Shown here: one piece after another, positions 1 through 10,697 of the stretch
Layout of the letters: every line of letters starts with the position of its first letter
Numbering within the stretch: the stretch's first letter is position 1
Assembly (NCBI GenBank): GCA_009103225.1
Contig: RHPI01003369.1
Location: 1,392,017 to 1,456,016, forward strand
Source: Chlorokybus atmophyticus
Lineage: Eukaryota > Plantae > Mesostigma and Chlorokybus algae
DNA: 64,000 bases
Reading direction: 5' to 3'
Notes under the pieces: generated by a model
Told to the model about the DNA's origin: nothing
Seen by the model: only the letters and a program-made list of their open reading frames with translations
Databases searched by the model: none
Made by a program: the position numbers and the translations under genes

Positions 1-499
1 TGGTAAAGTTTGCGACATCGCGCAAGTGGCTGGTGGTGGAGCATTCCATGGAGGCGCCGCATAGCATGATCTGGCAGTCTCCGAGAAAGAGGCATCGAGC
101 ATCGTTGTCAAGAGCTTGAAGGTAGGCTCGTTTGGAAACAAACATTGCTTGAGTGTGCAATACGCATTTCACTCATCAAAGACATAAGGGGCTTTTGCGG
201 TGTTGCAGGGTGAATGGGAGTAGCTGGACTGGAGAACACTATAGCTACTGGGTATGGGTCCAGAGGGTTTGCGTCTTGGCAGGGTCTGGGTTGGGGCTTG
301 AAGGGTTTAAGGTGGAGACTTTCCAGGGTCTGTTTGGGGTTAGGAGGCTTTAAGGCAGGGCCTTTGCAGGGTCTACTGGAAGGGTTTTCCGCACGGTCAG
401 GGTTGAGACTTGCAGGGTCTAGCGGGCTAGCGGGCTAATACCTGGGCTAGCGGGCTGGGCCAAGCGGGCCTGCTGGCTGCGGGGACTGGACAGCTGAAG

Positions 500-1154
500 A
501 CCAGAAGACTTTCTTCATGGGCTTTTTGTAGCTACTTCGTAGGGCTTTTGATAGGAAAGCTATAGCTGTGCTGTATGGCACTGGTTTGATTAGACCAGTG
601 CATGACTTTTGTTGAATACATTGTGCCAGTATCACATTTTCTCTGCTGATAGGCCTCCGTGAATGGCACAACGCTTTTTTTGTCATTACTGGTTCTAAAA
701 CTATTTGTGCCAGTAATGGCAGGAAATTCAAGGATCTAGCCTTGGCACAATGGGTTCTTTGCCAGTGCTGGCATGAAAGCATCTGGTAGGCACTGGCAGC
801 AAGTTGTCTATTGCAGTAATGGACATAATCTTCAAATCCCAGCACCGGCTACAAGGCTGTTGTGCCAGTTCTGGTCTTAAACTGTTCTTGCCAGAGCAGG
901 CATGGAAAGCCTTGATGCCAGTGTCGGAAGTAAGGGCTTTGTGCTAGTATTGTTAACTATTAAGTCATTTCAGTGCTGGTTATGGACGGCTTGTGCCACT
1001 TACCAGTAGGTGAGTTAGCATCCATTGCTGGCACAAGCCGTTTTGTGCCAGTTTCGGGGCTTTTCGGGGCTAGCCCCGAAAAGCAGGTGTCAGTACTGGC
1101 ACAAACGGTTTGTGCCAGTACTGGCACGGGCTGCAGTTCCCCATGCATGGGGAA
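500..1154. mobile_element. Probable right-hand subterminal/terminal region of a CACTA-like DNA transposon extending upstream of the window
   Basis: More than 10 copies of TGTGCCAGT/ACTGGCACA-type motifs in both orientations, ending in GGCACGGGCTGCAGTTCCCCATG. This parallels the right end of the 41300-53522 element (GGCACGCACTGCAGGCGCCATGTG). No partner end in the window. Confidence 0.5.
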
Positions 1155-1890
1155 AAATGGGCAGGGTTAAGCCTTGCATTCCGTGTCACAATATTGTGTC
1201 TTTTATTATTTCAGCAGATGTGAATGCATATCCCTACTTTGTATATGGTAATAAGAATAACCAGTTTGATGCTTGATTTTACATTGCGTGATATAATTTT
1301 AGCGAAATATCTTTCACGGAAAGTTGAATAACTTTAATAACTTTTTATTCAACAACTTGCTGGGGTTAATAATTAATTAATTCTGGTTCAATCTATGATT
1401 ACAATAGTATTAATGTAACCATTGATTGTTTTCCCCATGGCCTTATACATGAACAAACCATAATAATCAACACTTATAAAGTGTTTCACATGTAAGATAT
1501 AGGCATCGACTTATGAACACATGTAATGCACGTTTGTCACATGTGTTACTCGACACGTCTTTTATCATGGTGTGCCAATAGCCACGATAACGATCAGCAA
1601 GATACTGTCGGCGCCATGGTTAAGGAACGGCTAGCGGTGGCTCTAGTCCTCCTGGGCGTCCGCCCCCTTCTCTTGTTCTAGATTGCAGCAGCACCATGTC
1701 AGGCTTGTAGTGAGCTGCTTGTTACACTGCATTTAACTTTTGCGACACGCCTATATATAACCTTGCAACACGCCAGGTGGCATACTGGCCCCGCAGCTTG
1801 GGAGGCCTGCTTGACTTAGAGCAGCAAGCCCTCTCTCTACTCGCCAGTGGGTCCTTTGTCTGGCCGATCTAGGCTGCGCACCTTGCACCT

Positions 1891-2383
1891 TAAAAAGCAT
1901 CAAGTCTTTTGTGGTCGAGTGGCCTGTGACATTGGTTATCGGAGCTTGAGACCCGGATTCGATTCCTGCCATGCACACAAATTCCGCGGTCGTTGTTCCT
2001 CGTTCCAGTAACCATCGTGAATGGTCATAAGTGCCATCATCGATGGGTCGCGACTTGCATAATGGCAATCGCGCCGGCGTTCAGTCGGCGCGGCAGGACG
2101 CGACCTGCCGGTCGCGATGCGACCTGTGGGGCCGGCAGCGGTGCGCTATGCGCGCGTTGACCAGTATGGGCCTGAATTGGCCGGTTCTTGGGCGGTGGGG
2201 CCGGTGACCGACCCTAATCAGACCCCTGGGATGATTCCCCAGCTGATGCGAGCCAGCTGCCGAGGACGTCAGCGTTCTTAAGTGGGAGGGAATGTAACGG
2301 GAAGGTACATTTAATTACCACAAATCGATCATAAAATTGAACATAAAAGCATCAAGTCTTTTGTAGTCGAGTGGGATGTGACA
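1891..2383 (+). mobile_element. Miniature LTR retroelement remnant (partial LTR - PBS - short non-coding core - PPT - 91-bp LTR)
   Basis: A 40-bp LTR 3' end (TAAAAGCATCAAGTCTTTTGT.GTCGAGTGG..TGTGACA) occurs at 1891-1931 and 2344-2383. The first copy is followed by PBS-like TTGGTTATCGGAGC. PPT AAGTGGGAGGGAA precedes TGTAAC at 2293. The 5' half of the first LTR was not found. Confidence 0.55.
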
Positions 2384-2495
2384 CCCTTGCGTATTCTCGG
2401 ATGTGAGTCTAGGCATCAGATCGCCTTCAACCGCATCTGCTACAGCTCCCCCCGCTCTCTGCTATCTGTGCCACAGATCTTCCCCTTTCAAAGAC

Positions 2496-3069
2496 TGTCA
2501 TACCATGTTTATGAGACATGGTTAACTGGCATGTGGCTCCTCTTATGGCAACGACTTTACTGCCATAACCTAGTCGGGATGGCGCCGATGTTACAGTGGT
2601 AACGAAGCTGAGCGGCACATGTTCAAATCCCATGGGAATGAAAATTGCTAGTTGCTATGTAATTCGGTCCAAGGCAAGTATTGCCAACTTAACGGCAGCA
2701 ACTCGCGGGGTCGCACGCGTAGCAGTGATTACCCATTAACCTACAATTGTCAAGCGATCGCGGACTGACGCGCGTCGGCAATCGGCGCAGTGTGGAGGGT
2801 CTGGTCCAATCGGGACAGGGACGAGGGTCAATTGCCGAGCGCGACTTGCGCAACTGCGGGCAAGTCGCGGCGAGCTCGATATGTGACTTGGGCAAGTTAT
2901 GGCGACGACCCCATGGGTAATTACCCATAAGGTTTTAATGAGTTAGGAGGAATGTCATACCACGGTTATGAGACATGGTTAAATGGCATGCCATGGCATG
3001 CCAATAGTGTGGCTCCTGTGGCAGCGACTTTTGCTACCATAGCCCAGTGGTTAAGGCGCTGATGTTATA
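2496..3069 (+). mobile_element. TRIM (terminal-repeat retrotransposon in miniature), 574 bp
   Basis: Direct repeats 2496-2595 (TG...CA) and 2953-3069 (TG...TA). PBS-like TGGTAACGAAGC at 2597, PPT GAGTTAGGAGGAA at 2940-2952, 5-bp TSD AAGAC at 2491-2495 and 3070-3074. No coding capacity. Confidence 0.85.
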
Positions 3070-3145
3070 AAGACCCTCCCGCTTTGGCGCGCGGTTCTGA
3101 GGGCCTAGAAGAAGGTGTTGCCGCCTGCCCGTTAGGCACCCGACC

Positions 3146-3802
3146 TGTGACGGTGTTCGTGCCTTGTCCCCTGTGAGTTGGTCCAATCAACAACCCTCTC
3201 ACCAAGACACGGTATTCACACCGGAACCTTGCCCCTTCTGCCAAGCACGCACGCGCGCCCCGCCACTCGCGTACGCACGCATGCGCTCGAAGCTACACGC
3301 CGACTTGTGTAGCGCCTTGGATCACATCACACAAGCAAGCACACACTAGTGGACACACGCTAGCAACCCCTGCTAACCACCACCAAGCTTGCACACAAGA
3401 AACTAGGGAGCTAAAGGTCGTTTTGCGCATAGTGAAATGTCTCTTTTATACCTACCAGTCTGCACATGCTACTATTTAACGATTCTAGCGCTATACGGAA
3501 CTAAAAGCTAAGATATTTTTGAAAAATTTTGTAGTACACTTTTAAACCTTTTAGACCTTTGCTACGCACCAAAGAGCTCCTCATTTGGTGCCCATATGAT
3601 TACGTTATACTATTTGGCGCCAGGTCTTTCCATAAATCTGGTCGAGCCCTCCCTTTTCTGGCGTCTAGACCGGTCCTGGGGCCGGTCGATATTTGCGGCG
3701 GACTCACAACTCACCGATATCCGCCATAAGTCATGAACATGATACTTGACAGATAAGGCGTAAAAGGTCATGAAATCATGAAGTTTGACGCCGACTGTTA
3801 CA
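3146..3802 (-). repeat. 3' LTR of family B copy 1 (657 bp)
   Basis: Starts TGTAACA right after the purine tract and ends CCGTCACA. Homologous in inverted orientation to 9029-9546 plus 16396-16509. Confidence 0.8.
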
Positions 3803-3806
3803 CTCC

Positions 3807-3807
<1 letters not shown>

Positions 3808-3901
<94 letters not shown>

Positions 3902-3902
3902 N
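3808..3902. repeat. 94-nt poly-C tract plus an N (poly-G on - strand at the PPT position); probable assembly/sequencing artefact
   Basis: Homopolymer abutting an ambiguous base, exactly where the PPT is expected. Confidence 0.8.
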
Positions 3903-3910
3903 TGTCTTGA

Positions 3911-4066
3911 TCATCGTTGCAAATACGCTTGCAAAAGTTGTTGTGCATGCGCCAGGTGCTCCTCCGGTTCTCAAGTGGCCTCATGCATAGGGTAGCGTTT
4001 CCACTTCACTAAGTATTTGCGCACGTTGCGCACCGGTTTCTCCCCCACCATGTCATCCACTTCATA
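3911..4066 (-). pseudogene. Integrase-terminal chromodomain with nonsense mutation
   Basis: Manual translation YEVDDMVGEKPVRNVRKYLVKWKRYPMHEAT*EPEEHLAHAQQLLQAY; the conserved W is TGA at 3971-3973. Confidence 0.85.
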
Positions 4067-6447
4067 TCCCAAATGATTGTCTGTAGCCAACTCAGACGGT
4101 GGACGCAATGGTGGTTCTCCTCAATATGGTTTCAGCAAGGATATATGAACGACAAGGTGGATGTGCATAGTCTCAGGTAATTACAACTTATATGCCACGT
4201 CCAAGATCACCTTGATGACTTTTAATGGTCCAAGCTAGCATTTACTTAAGTTGCAAACTCCAGCACGTACCTGCAAGTTCTTCGCATAAAGCAATACCAT
4301 GTCACCTTCATTTAATGTAACGTGCCGGCGATGTGCGTCTGCGCACTGCTTCTGCCTGTTTTGCGCCATTAACAAAGCGTCTATAGCCGCTTTGGTGATG
4401 TCAGCACATGTCTTCAAGAAGTCACCCGCCGCCTCAACATGCACATCTTTGTGAGGTACCCATGCTGTCCACAGCGTCAATGGATGCTAACCATAATTTA
4501 TCGGGAAGGGGGTAACGCTAATGCTTGCATTCTTATGATTGTTTATTACAAATTCCGCCACTTTGAGTAACTTCGCCCAATTATCTTGTCGTAGATCTAC
4601 ATAGCATCGCAGCATGTCTTCAATCACGCGATTTGTGTGCTCTATTTGGCCATCCGTTTGCGGATGGAATGACGTGCTGAACTTTAATGTAGTGCACAAC
4701 GCGCTATGCAACGCCATCCAAAAGTTATTTGTGAATCTTGGGTCGTGATTCGTCACGATACTCCTTAAAAAGCCATGTATGGTCTCACCACAAATGGTGA
4801 GCACGTAGCGCCTCCGATCGATGCTTGGATTGTGTTTATGTAGCCACGGTAGACACAAAACTCCATCAAACCCGTTCTTCAATGTAGTGCAGCAAAATTG
4901 CATACACTCACTCACTTGACCAATGCGGACTTGCAGCTCTTTGGTCATGAATGACGTCACTTCAGCCCCGAAAAATTCTCTTGCATCAGCGAGCATGACT
5001 TCTCCTCCACGCAACAGCGAGAGCCATCCGAATCGCCGTGCAACAACTTCCGCCATGAAATTGCTAATTGCTCCACTATCAATCATCAACTTGCACTCTC
5101 TCTATCTTCCTCCACCGTCTTAGATGCGTGCTCGAACTCTTAAGTACTTTCGTGCTTCTTCACTAGCATAACTCACCACCATTGCAGTAAACATCGTTAC
5201 CATGCCTCCGTGGTCATGAGTCTCCTCGCTTGAGCAACGTGTTGGACAGACCGGGCATGCTTGAGGCTTCTTCCCATCCTCAATAATAGCCCCTCACCTA
5301 CTAAGAGCAGTCGTTTCTCTGCCGCACGCCGTTTTGCTCCATCGCGTTCACGCTGTTGCTACGCATGTTTCGACCAGGCGCATCTCCTCGCGCTCCTTGG
5401 ACACTTGAAAGCCAGATGTTCGGTGGAGTCACACACGTAGCACATACGCACAGCACCAGCTGGACGCCGCTCAGTAGACCATCTCATACCCTTGCGTGCA
5501 TCAATCGCATCCACCGTGTAGGTCCCAAGCTAGCCTTATGCTCATGTGTGGGTGTAAAAGCCGATTCTCTGCCCCTCCAAGCACGCGCAAAGTCTTCTCG
5601 TGCCTGGTCGCTTGGCCCGCGTTAATGGTCATGCCTTCAATCAAAGTTTGATGTTGTTGTCTTAAAATACAGCGCATCCAGGCGCTCCGCAATGCGTATC
5701 GCCTCGGCTAGTGTTTTTGGGTTACAGAGTTCCACGTCCTTACGACCAGGAGGCTTTATACCACGGGTGTACCTCTAGCTGCTCCTCCTTGGTCATGGTG
5801 GGAATGGACATCACAAAACGCTGAAACGCAGCTGTGTACGCCATCACCGACTTGGTTTGCGCAAGCGTCGCAAGTTGATCGCGCGCGGCCTTTACGCTTT
5901 TCATGGGAACAAATTGATGCCTGACCTCTGCTGCCAACTCTTCCATTGAGTCAGAGCACACATTTGAGACGGTGGAGGAAGATGGAGAGAGTGCAAGTTG
6001 ATGATTGATAGTGGAGCAATTAGCAATTTCATGGCGGAAGTTGTTGCACGGCGATTCGCGTGGCTCTCGCCGTTGCGTGGAGGAGAAGTCAGGCTCGCTG
6101 TTGCAAGAGAACTTTTCGGGGCTGAAGGGACGTCATTCATGACTAAAGAGCTGCAAGTCCGCATTGGTCAAGCGAGTGAGTGTATGCAATTTTGCTGCAT
6201 TACATTGCAGAACGGGTTTGATGGAGTTTTAGGTCTACCGTGGCCACATAAGCACAGTCCAAGCATTGATTGGAGGCGACACGTGCTCACCATCCGTGAA
6301 GAGACCATACATGGCTTATGCGATTGCCTCATTGAAGCTGAAGACCACCCCAGCGACGACGGCATGGGCGGTTGTGCAGCTGCATCGGGACGACGCAGCT
6401 GCACAACCACCCATGCCGTCGGGCAATCATGGCATGAAAATGCAAGC

Positions 6448-8098
6448 ATCGTCGCGGATTTCACACGGTGACTGACTAGGGACTGAGGGAATGACGGGTG
6501 TCTGACCCTATCTGACCGTGATTGATCAGGGATTGAGGAACTGTTGGATGTTTGACCCTAGGGTTAAAACACCCCACAGTTAGGTAACGGATCAATCCAT
6601 GAAGGGACTTTTGGAACGGCCGTTGCTATTGACCGACAGTTGATGACGGCCAGCGACTGATCAATAAGTAAATGTGACGGTTGCCTGCCCGTGATGGCAA
6701 TCAAGTGACTTCATCGCATTTTCAAGTAATTGCCAATCGCAAGTCGTCCATTTTGCGCAATTAGCACCTATATACTATAGTAACTTATCACCTTTCAGTC
6801 ATGTACAGTGACTACCGACCATCAGCCATCAAATGACCGTCATACAGTATGCACGGGGGCCTGCATACTGTGGCAAACCAGTCATTGTCAATCCCTACTA
6901 TATGACCTCACCGCGTGTTGTAAGTGACGGTCGACCGCCGGCCGTCGACTTGGCGCGGCGCGACAGACGTAACAGAAAAAGCAAGTTACCGCCCGTCCCT
7001 ATCTGTTAGCGAGCAATGCCGGCAAATCAGACCAGTACATGCAATCATTGTACTATTATAATAGCACCGTGTACTATCGCAATAGTACAATGGTGCTATT
7101 ATGATAGTATGACGATACCATTGTCACAACTTGAACGTTGAACGCGTTTAATTAACTTAGGCTGCCCAAGTTACTTAGATGCTCAACGGCTTCATGCAAT
7201 TGAACATAGCGTTATGCTGAGGCGGCGGCGGCGGCGGCGGCGACGACGGTGGTGGTGATGGCTGTGGGCCAATAGTGAGTTTGTTTGTAGTGTGTTGTAC
7301 CATTGTGTTATGCGCATTGCGCAACAGCGCATGCAGCCTAACCGCCCTTCTTGCTTCAGGGCGGCTTGGCCAGGCTAAGCTAGACCAGGCGGCGACGGTG
7401 GTATATGGCCAGCGAGCGCATGTAAGTGTGACAACGTACACCTTGTGTGACATGTTGTGTATGTTGCTGCTGTTGATGGCGCTTGTTTGCCTAGTGCTCC
7501 CAGCCCAGGAGCGGCGGTGGACAAGGAGCGGCGGTGGAAGTGGAGGAGCGGCGGCTTAATATCAGGCGCTTAGGTGTACTTGGGTTTGGTAGTAGTAGTA
7601 GTGATAGTAGTAGTAGCGGCTGCTTGTTGTATGAGTTCACTGTGGTAGTATAGCATGAAAATGATGCAATATCATTGTATGTGCTACTGATAGTCGGCGC
7701 CGTCTTGCACAATTGACTGAGGCATTTAATCATAATTAGAACGTACCTAACAGGTACCTTTGAAGGTACACTTTAGTAATGGCAGGTACCATGAGGTACC
7801 TGTCAGGCACAATCAGTTAGTGTACAGTCGCGGGTACCTAACTGTTGGGTACCGGTTGGTTACTTATCAGTTAGGTCACGTTGCTTTATCGTGACTAAGA
7901 AGTAACTTTTAAGTACCTGTCAGTTAGGATCAGACCCTTTGTGTAGACGGCCGCCGATTGATGGTGACGGCCGTTATCTTTAGGTTTTTGTATCGACATT
8001 ACAGCTGGACTGAGCCACGACGGTCTAAATGAGTATTTTCAGGTGCACAGCCGTTGTCGATATTCCGTCGCATGGCAGAGGAAACATTTTACGATGAT
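6448..8098 (+). mobile_element. Non-coding ~1.6-kb interspersed repeat, probable non-autonomous TIR DNA transposon (copy A)
   Basis: Collinear with 24642-26126 along its length. Degenerate short inverted ends (ATCGTCGCGGAT / TTTTACGATGAT). Interrupts the gypsy protease-RT linker. No clean TSD. Confidence 0.7.
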
Positions 8099-9546
8099 TG
8101 CGGGAGTGGACTCCGGAAGAGGTAAACAGCCCGATATGTCTGCAATTCCTCAGGTGTCATACGCGCAGTTAAAGAAGTTGCTATCTCCACGAAAGTGGAA
8201 AGGTGCATGGTTGTGCGTGCTGCATGAGAAAGCGATCAAGACAGCACATCAGACCGCCAGTAAAGCGGCGGCTATAACAGACCCTGAGGTGCGTGAACTC
8301 TTGAAGGAATTCAAGAACATCATGGTGGACGGGCTACCACCCGGTTCACCACCTCCAAGAGATGTAGACCATGTAATAGAGCTCGTTGAGGGCGTACACA
8401 AGCCACTGTACCGGCCCATATACAAGTTGTCACCTTTGGAGCTTGAAGAGGCGGAGCGACAAGTAGCAGACTTTCTCAAGCGCGGCTACATTTAGCCTAG
8501 TAAGCCTACATATGGTGCGCATATCTTGTTCGTGAGGAAGAAGAACGGTGGACTGCGCATGTGTGTGGATTATCGCGCTCTCAACAACATTACGAGAACA
8601 AATTGTTTTCCACTACCGCGAACTGATGAGTTGCTGGAGCAGCTACAAGGTGCGCAATACTTTACGACACTTGATCTTGTGGGGGGTTGTTACCAGTTCC
8701 GCATTGCACCAGAGGATGTGGTGAACACTGCGTGAAATACACGTCACGTTCACTACGAGTGGGTGGTGATGTCTTTTTGCCTTACAAACGCACCGGCGTT
8801 ACCCCCTTCCTGAGGAATTACGGTCAGCATCCATTAACGCCGTGGAAAGCATGGGTACGACACGAAGATGTGCATGTTGAGGCGGCGGGTGACTTCTTGA
8901 AGACATGTGCTGACATTACGGAAGCGGCTAGAGAAGCTATAGTAGTGGCGCAAAACAAGTAGAAGCAGTACGCACACGCACATTGCCGGCACGTTAAATG
9001 AAGGTGACATAGTATTGCTTTCTGCAAAGATTTCATGACCTTTTAGGCCTTATTTGTCAAGTGTCATGTTTTCATGACTTGTAGCGGATATCGGTGAGTT
9101 ATGACTCTGCCGCAGATATCGACCGGCCCCAGGACCAGTCTAAACGACGCCAGAAAACGGAGGGAGAAGGACATAGGACCAGATTTCTGGAAGGGCCTGG
9201 CGCCGAATAGTACAACTTTGCCAGATGGGCATCTTTTGAAGAGTTCCTTGGTGCATAGGAAAGATCTAGAAGTGTATTACAAGGTTCCACAAGAATATTT
9301 TAGCTTCTAATTCCGTCTAGCGCGAGAATCGTCTAAAGAGTAGCATGTGCAGACTGGTAGGTATAAAAAGGACATTTCACTTTGTGCAATACAACCTTTA
9401 GCTCCCTATTTTCTCGTGTGCAAGCTTGGTGGTGGTTAGCAAGGGTTGCTAGCGTGTGTCCACTACTGTGTGCTTGCTTGTGTGACGATCCAGGGCGCTA
9501 CACAAGTCGGTGTGTAGCTTCGTGCGCGTGCGTATACGAGTGTCGG

Positions 9547-9884
9547 TGTAACGGAGTGCTACCTCTATAGAGGTTCCCCGCCCTTATTTAGGATTAAATA
9601 AAGGTCCCAACGGGTATATACAGCCAATTAAGCCGTATTAGGGCCGTTAACCTAGTGTTAAGGCCCTAATGTAGTGTTACTTTACTGTAACACTGATATC
9701 GACATGAGACATGAGTCTCATGTCGATATCAGCTGTATGGCGGCACTGCTAACGCAGCAGCCGCCATAGCCAGGGGATCTTCTGCTCCGGCAGTTGCCCC
9801 TGGCGGCGGCGGTGTGGTCGGCGTGGCTGGTGGTGGTGTTGGGGTAGGGGATTAAAGGGAGGAGGAGCACCCCCTCTCCTTACA
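9547..9884 (+). repeat. 5' LTR (family A)
   Basis: TGTAAC...CCTTACA, TATATA-like box at about 9615, matches 16053-16390. Confidence 0.97.
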
Positions 9885-9897
9885 TTGGTATCGGAGC
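9885..9897 (+). promoter_or_regulatory. Primer-binding site, initiator tRNA-Met type
   Basis: TTGGTATCGGAGC immediately after the LTR; 11/12 match to the canonical plant TGGTATCAGAGC. Confidence 0.9.
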
Positions 9898-9899
9898 AC

Positions 9900-10100
9900 G
9901 GGCGGCAAGGGGCCTGTGGGACGGGCGGCGGCAGGCGGCAGGGGCGGCGGCAGGCGGCAGGGGCGGCGGCGACGTTAAACTAGTGGTAGTTAAAGTGTTT
10001 TATGTTTTTAACTATAATAGTTAAACGCTGCTGCTGGTGCCTAGCCTAGCCTAGCCTAGCTTGCCATGCCATGCATGCCATGCCTAGCCTAGCATGCCTG
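9900..10100 (+). repeat. GC-rich (GGCGGCAGGG-like) and (GCCTA/GCCAT)n microsatellite-like tracts in the retrotransposon 5' leader
   Basis: Direct inspection of 9900-9970 and 10039-10097. Confidence 0.8.
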
Positions 10101-10697
10101 TCCTAGTCTAGTTTGTTTTTGTGTGAAGGGATCCGGCCATTCAGGCCTGTCCCTGAAGCATTGCATTGCAGCACAACACATAGTAAAAATACATTGATTG
10201 TATTATATTGTGTGTGTACCACCACGTGGATTCGTGGTGGTGTAAGGGTTTTTCTATTAATTTGGAAACTCCCTTGGGGGGGGGGGCAGTTCGGTGGCAA
10301 CATCGACTGTCTCAGTGCCGCCATTTTGAGCGGTGAGGCCGCCAGAATTTTCTGAGCGGCCGATATCAAACTCACCATTCACAACTGGTCGATATCGGCC
10401 TGTAAGGTCGATTTGACGAGATTTTGGCACCCTGTGTGTCAATCACAGTTGTGAATTGTGCTGGGTTGTACAAAGTGAAAACTTTGAGAAATCATAACTC
10501 GTAAACCGTCGCGTGGATTCGCGCACGGTTTGTTGCAGAGTGAGTGTCTAGTTGAGAGGTGTGTGGAGAGCTCTTTTGGGGCTGTATACTCCACCGTAAC
10601 GCCTCAAAACTTGACGAGACAAAATCATTAGATTTTACCTGTATTGCAGTGCACAATCTGAGTACTTGTGCACTTGCTAACGGCTGTCTTTGGGCAG

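Larger units (their letters stand above)
3146..5955 (-). mobile_element. Decayed Ty3/gypsy chromovirus (old family B, copy 1): gag remnant, protease fused to integrase, chromodomain, PPT, 3' LTR
   Basis: Gag motif ARDQLATLAQTKSVMAYTAAF (5740-5961), protease IDSGA, integrase DPRF...SFHPQTDGQIE (4487-5089), chromodomain at 3911-4066, LTR at 3146-3802. Confidence 0.9.

Noticed and set aside
240-450. Telomere-like AGGGTTT motifs
   Set aside because: Scattered and degenerate, not tandem; more likely part of the adjacent transposon end.
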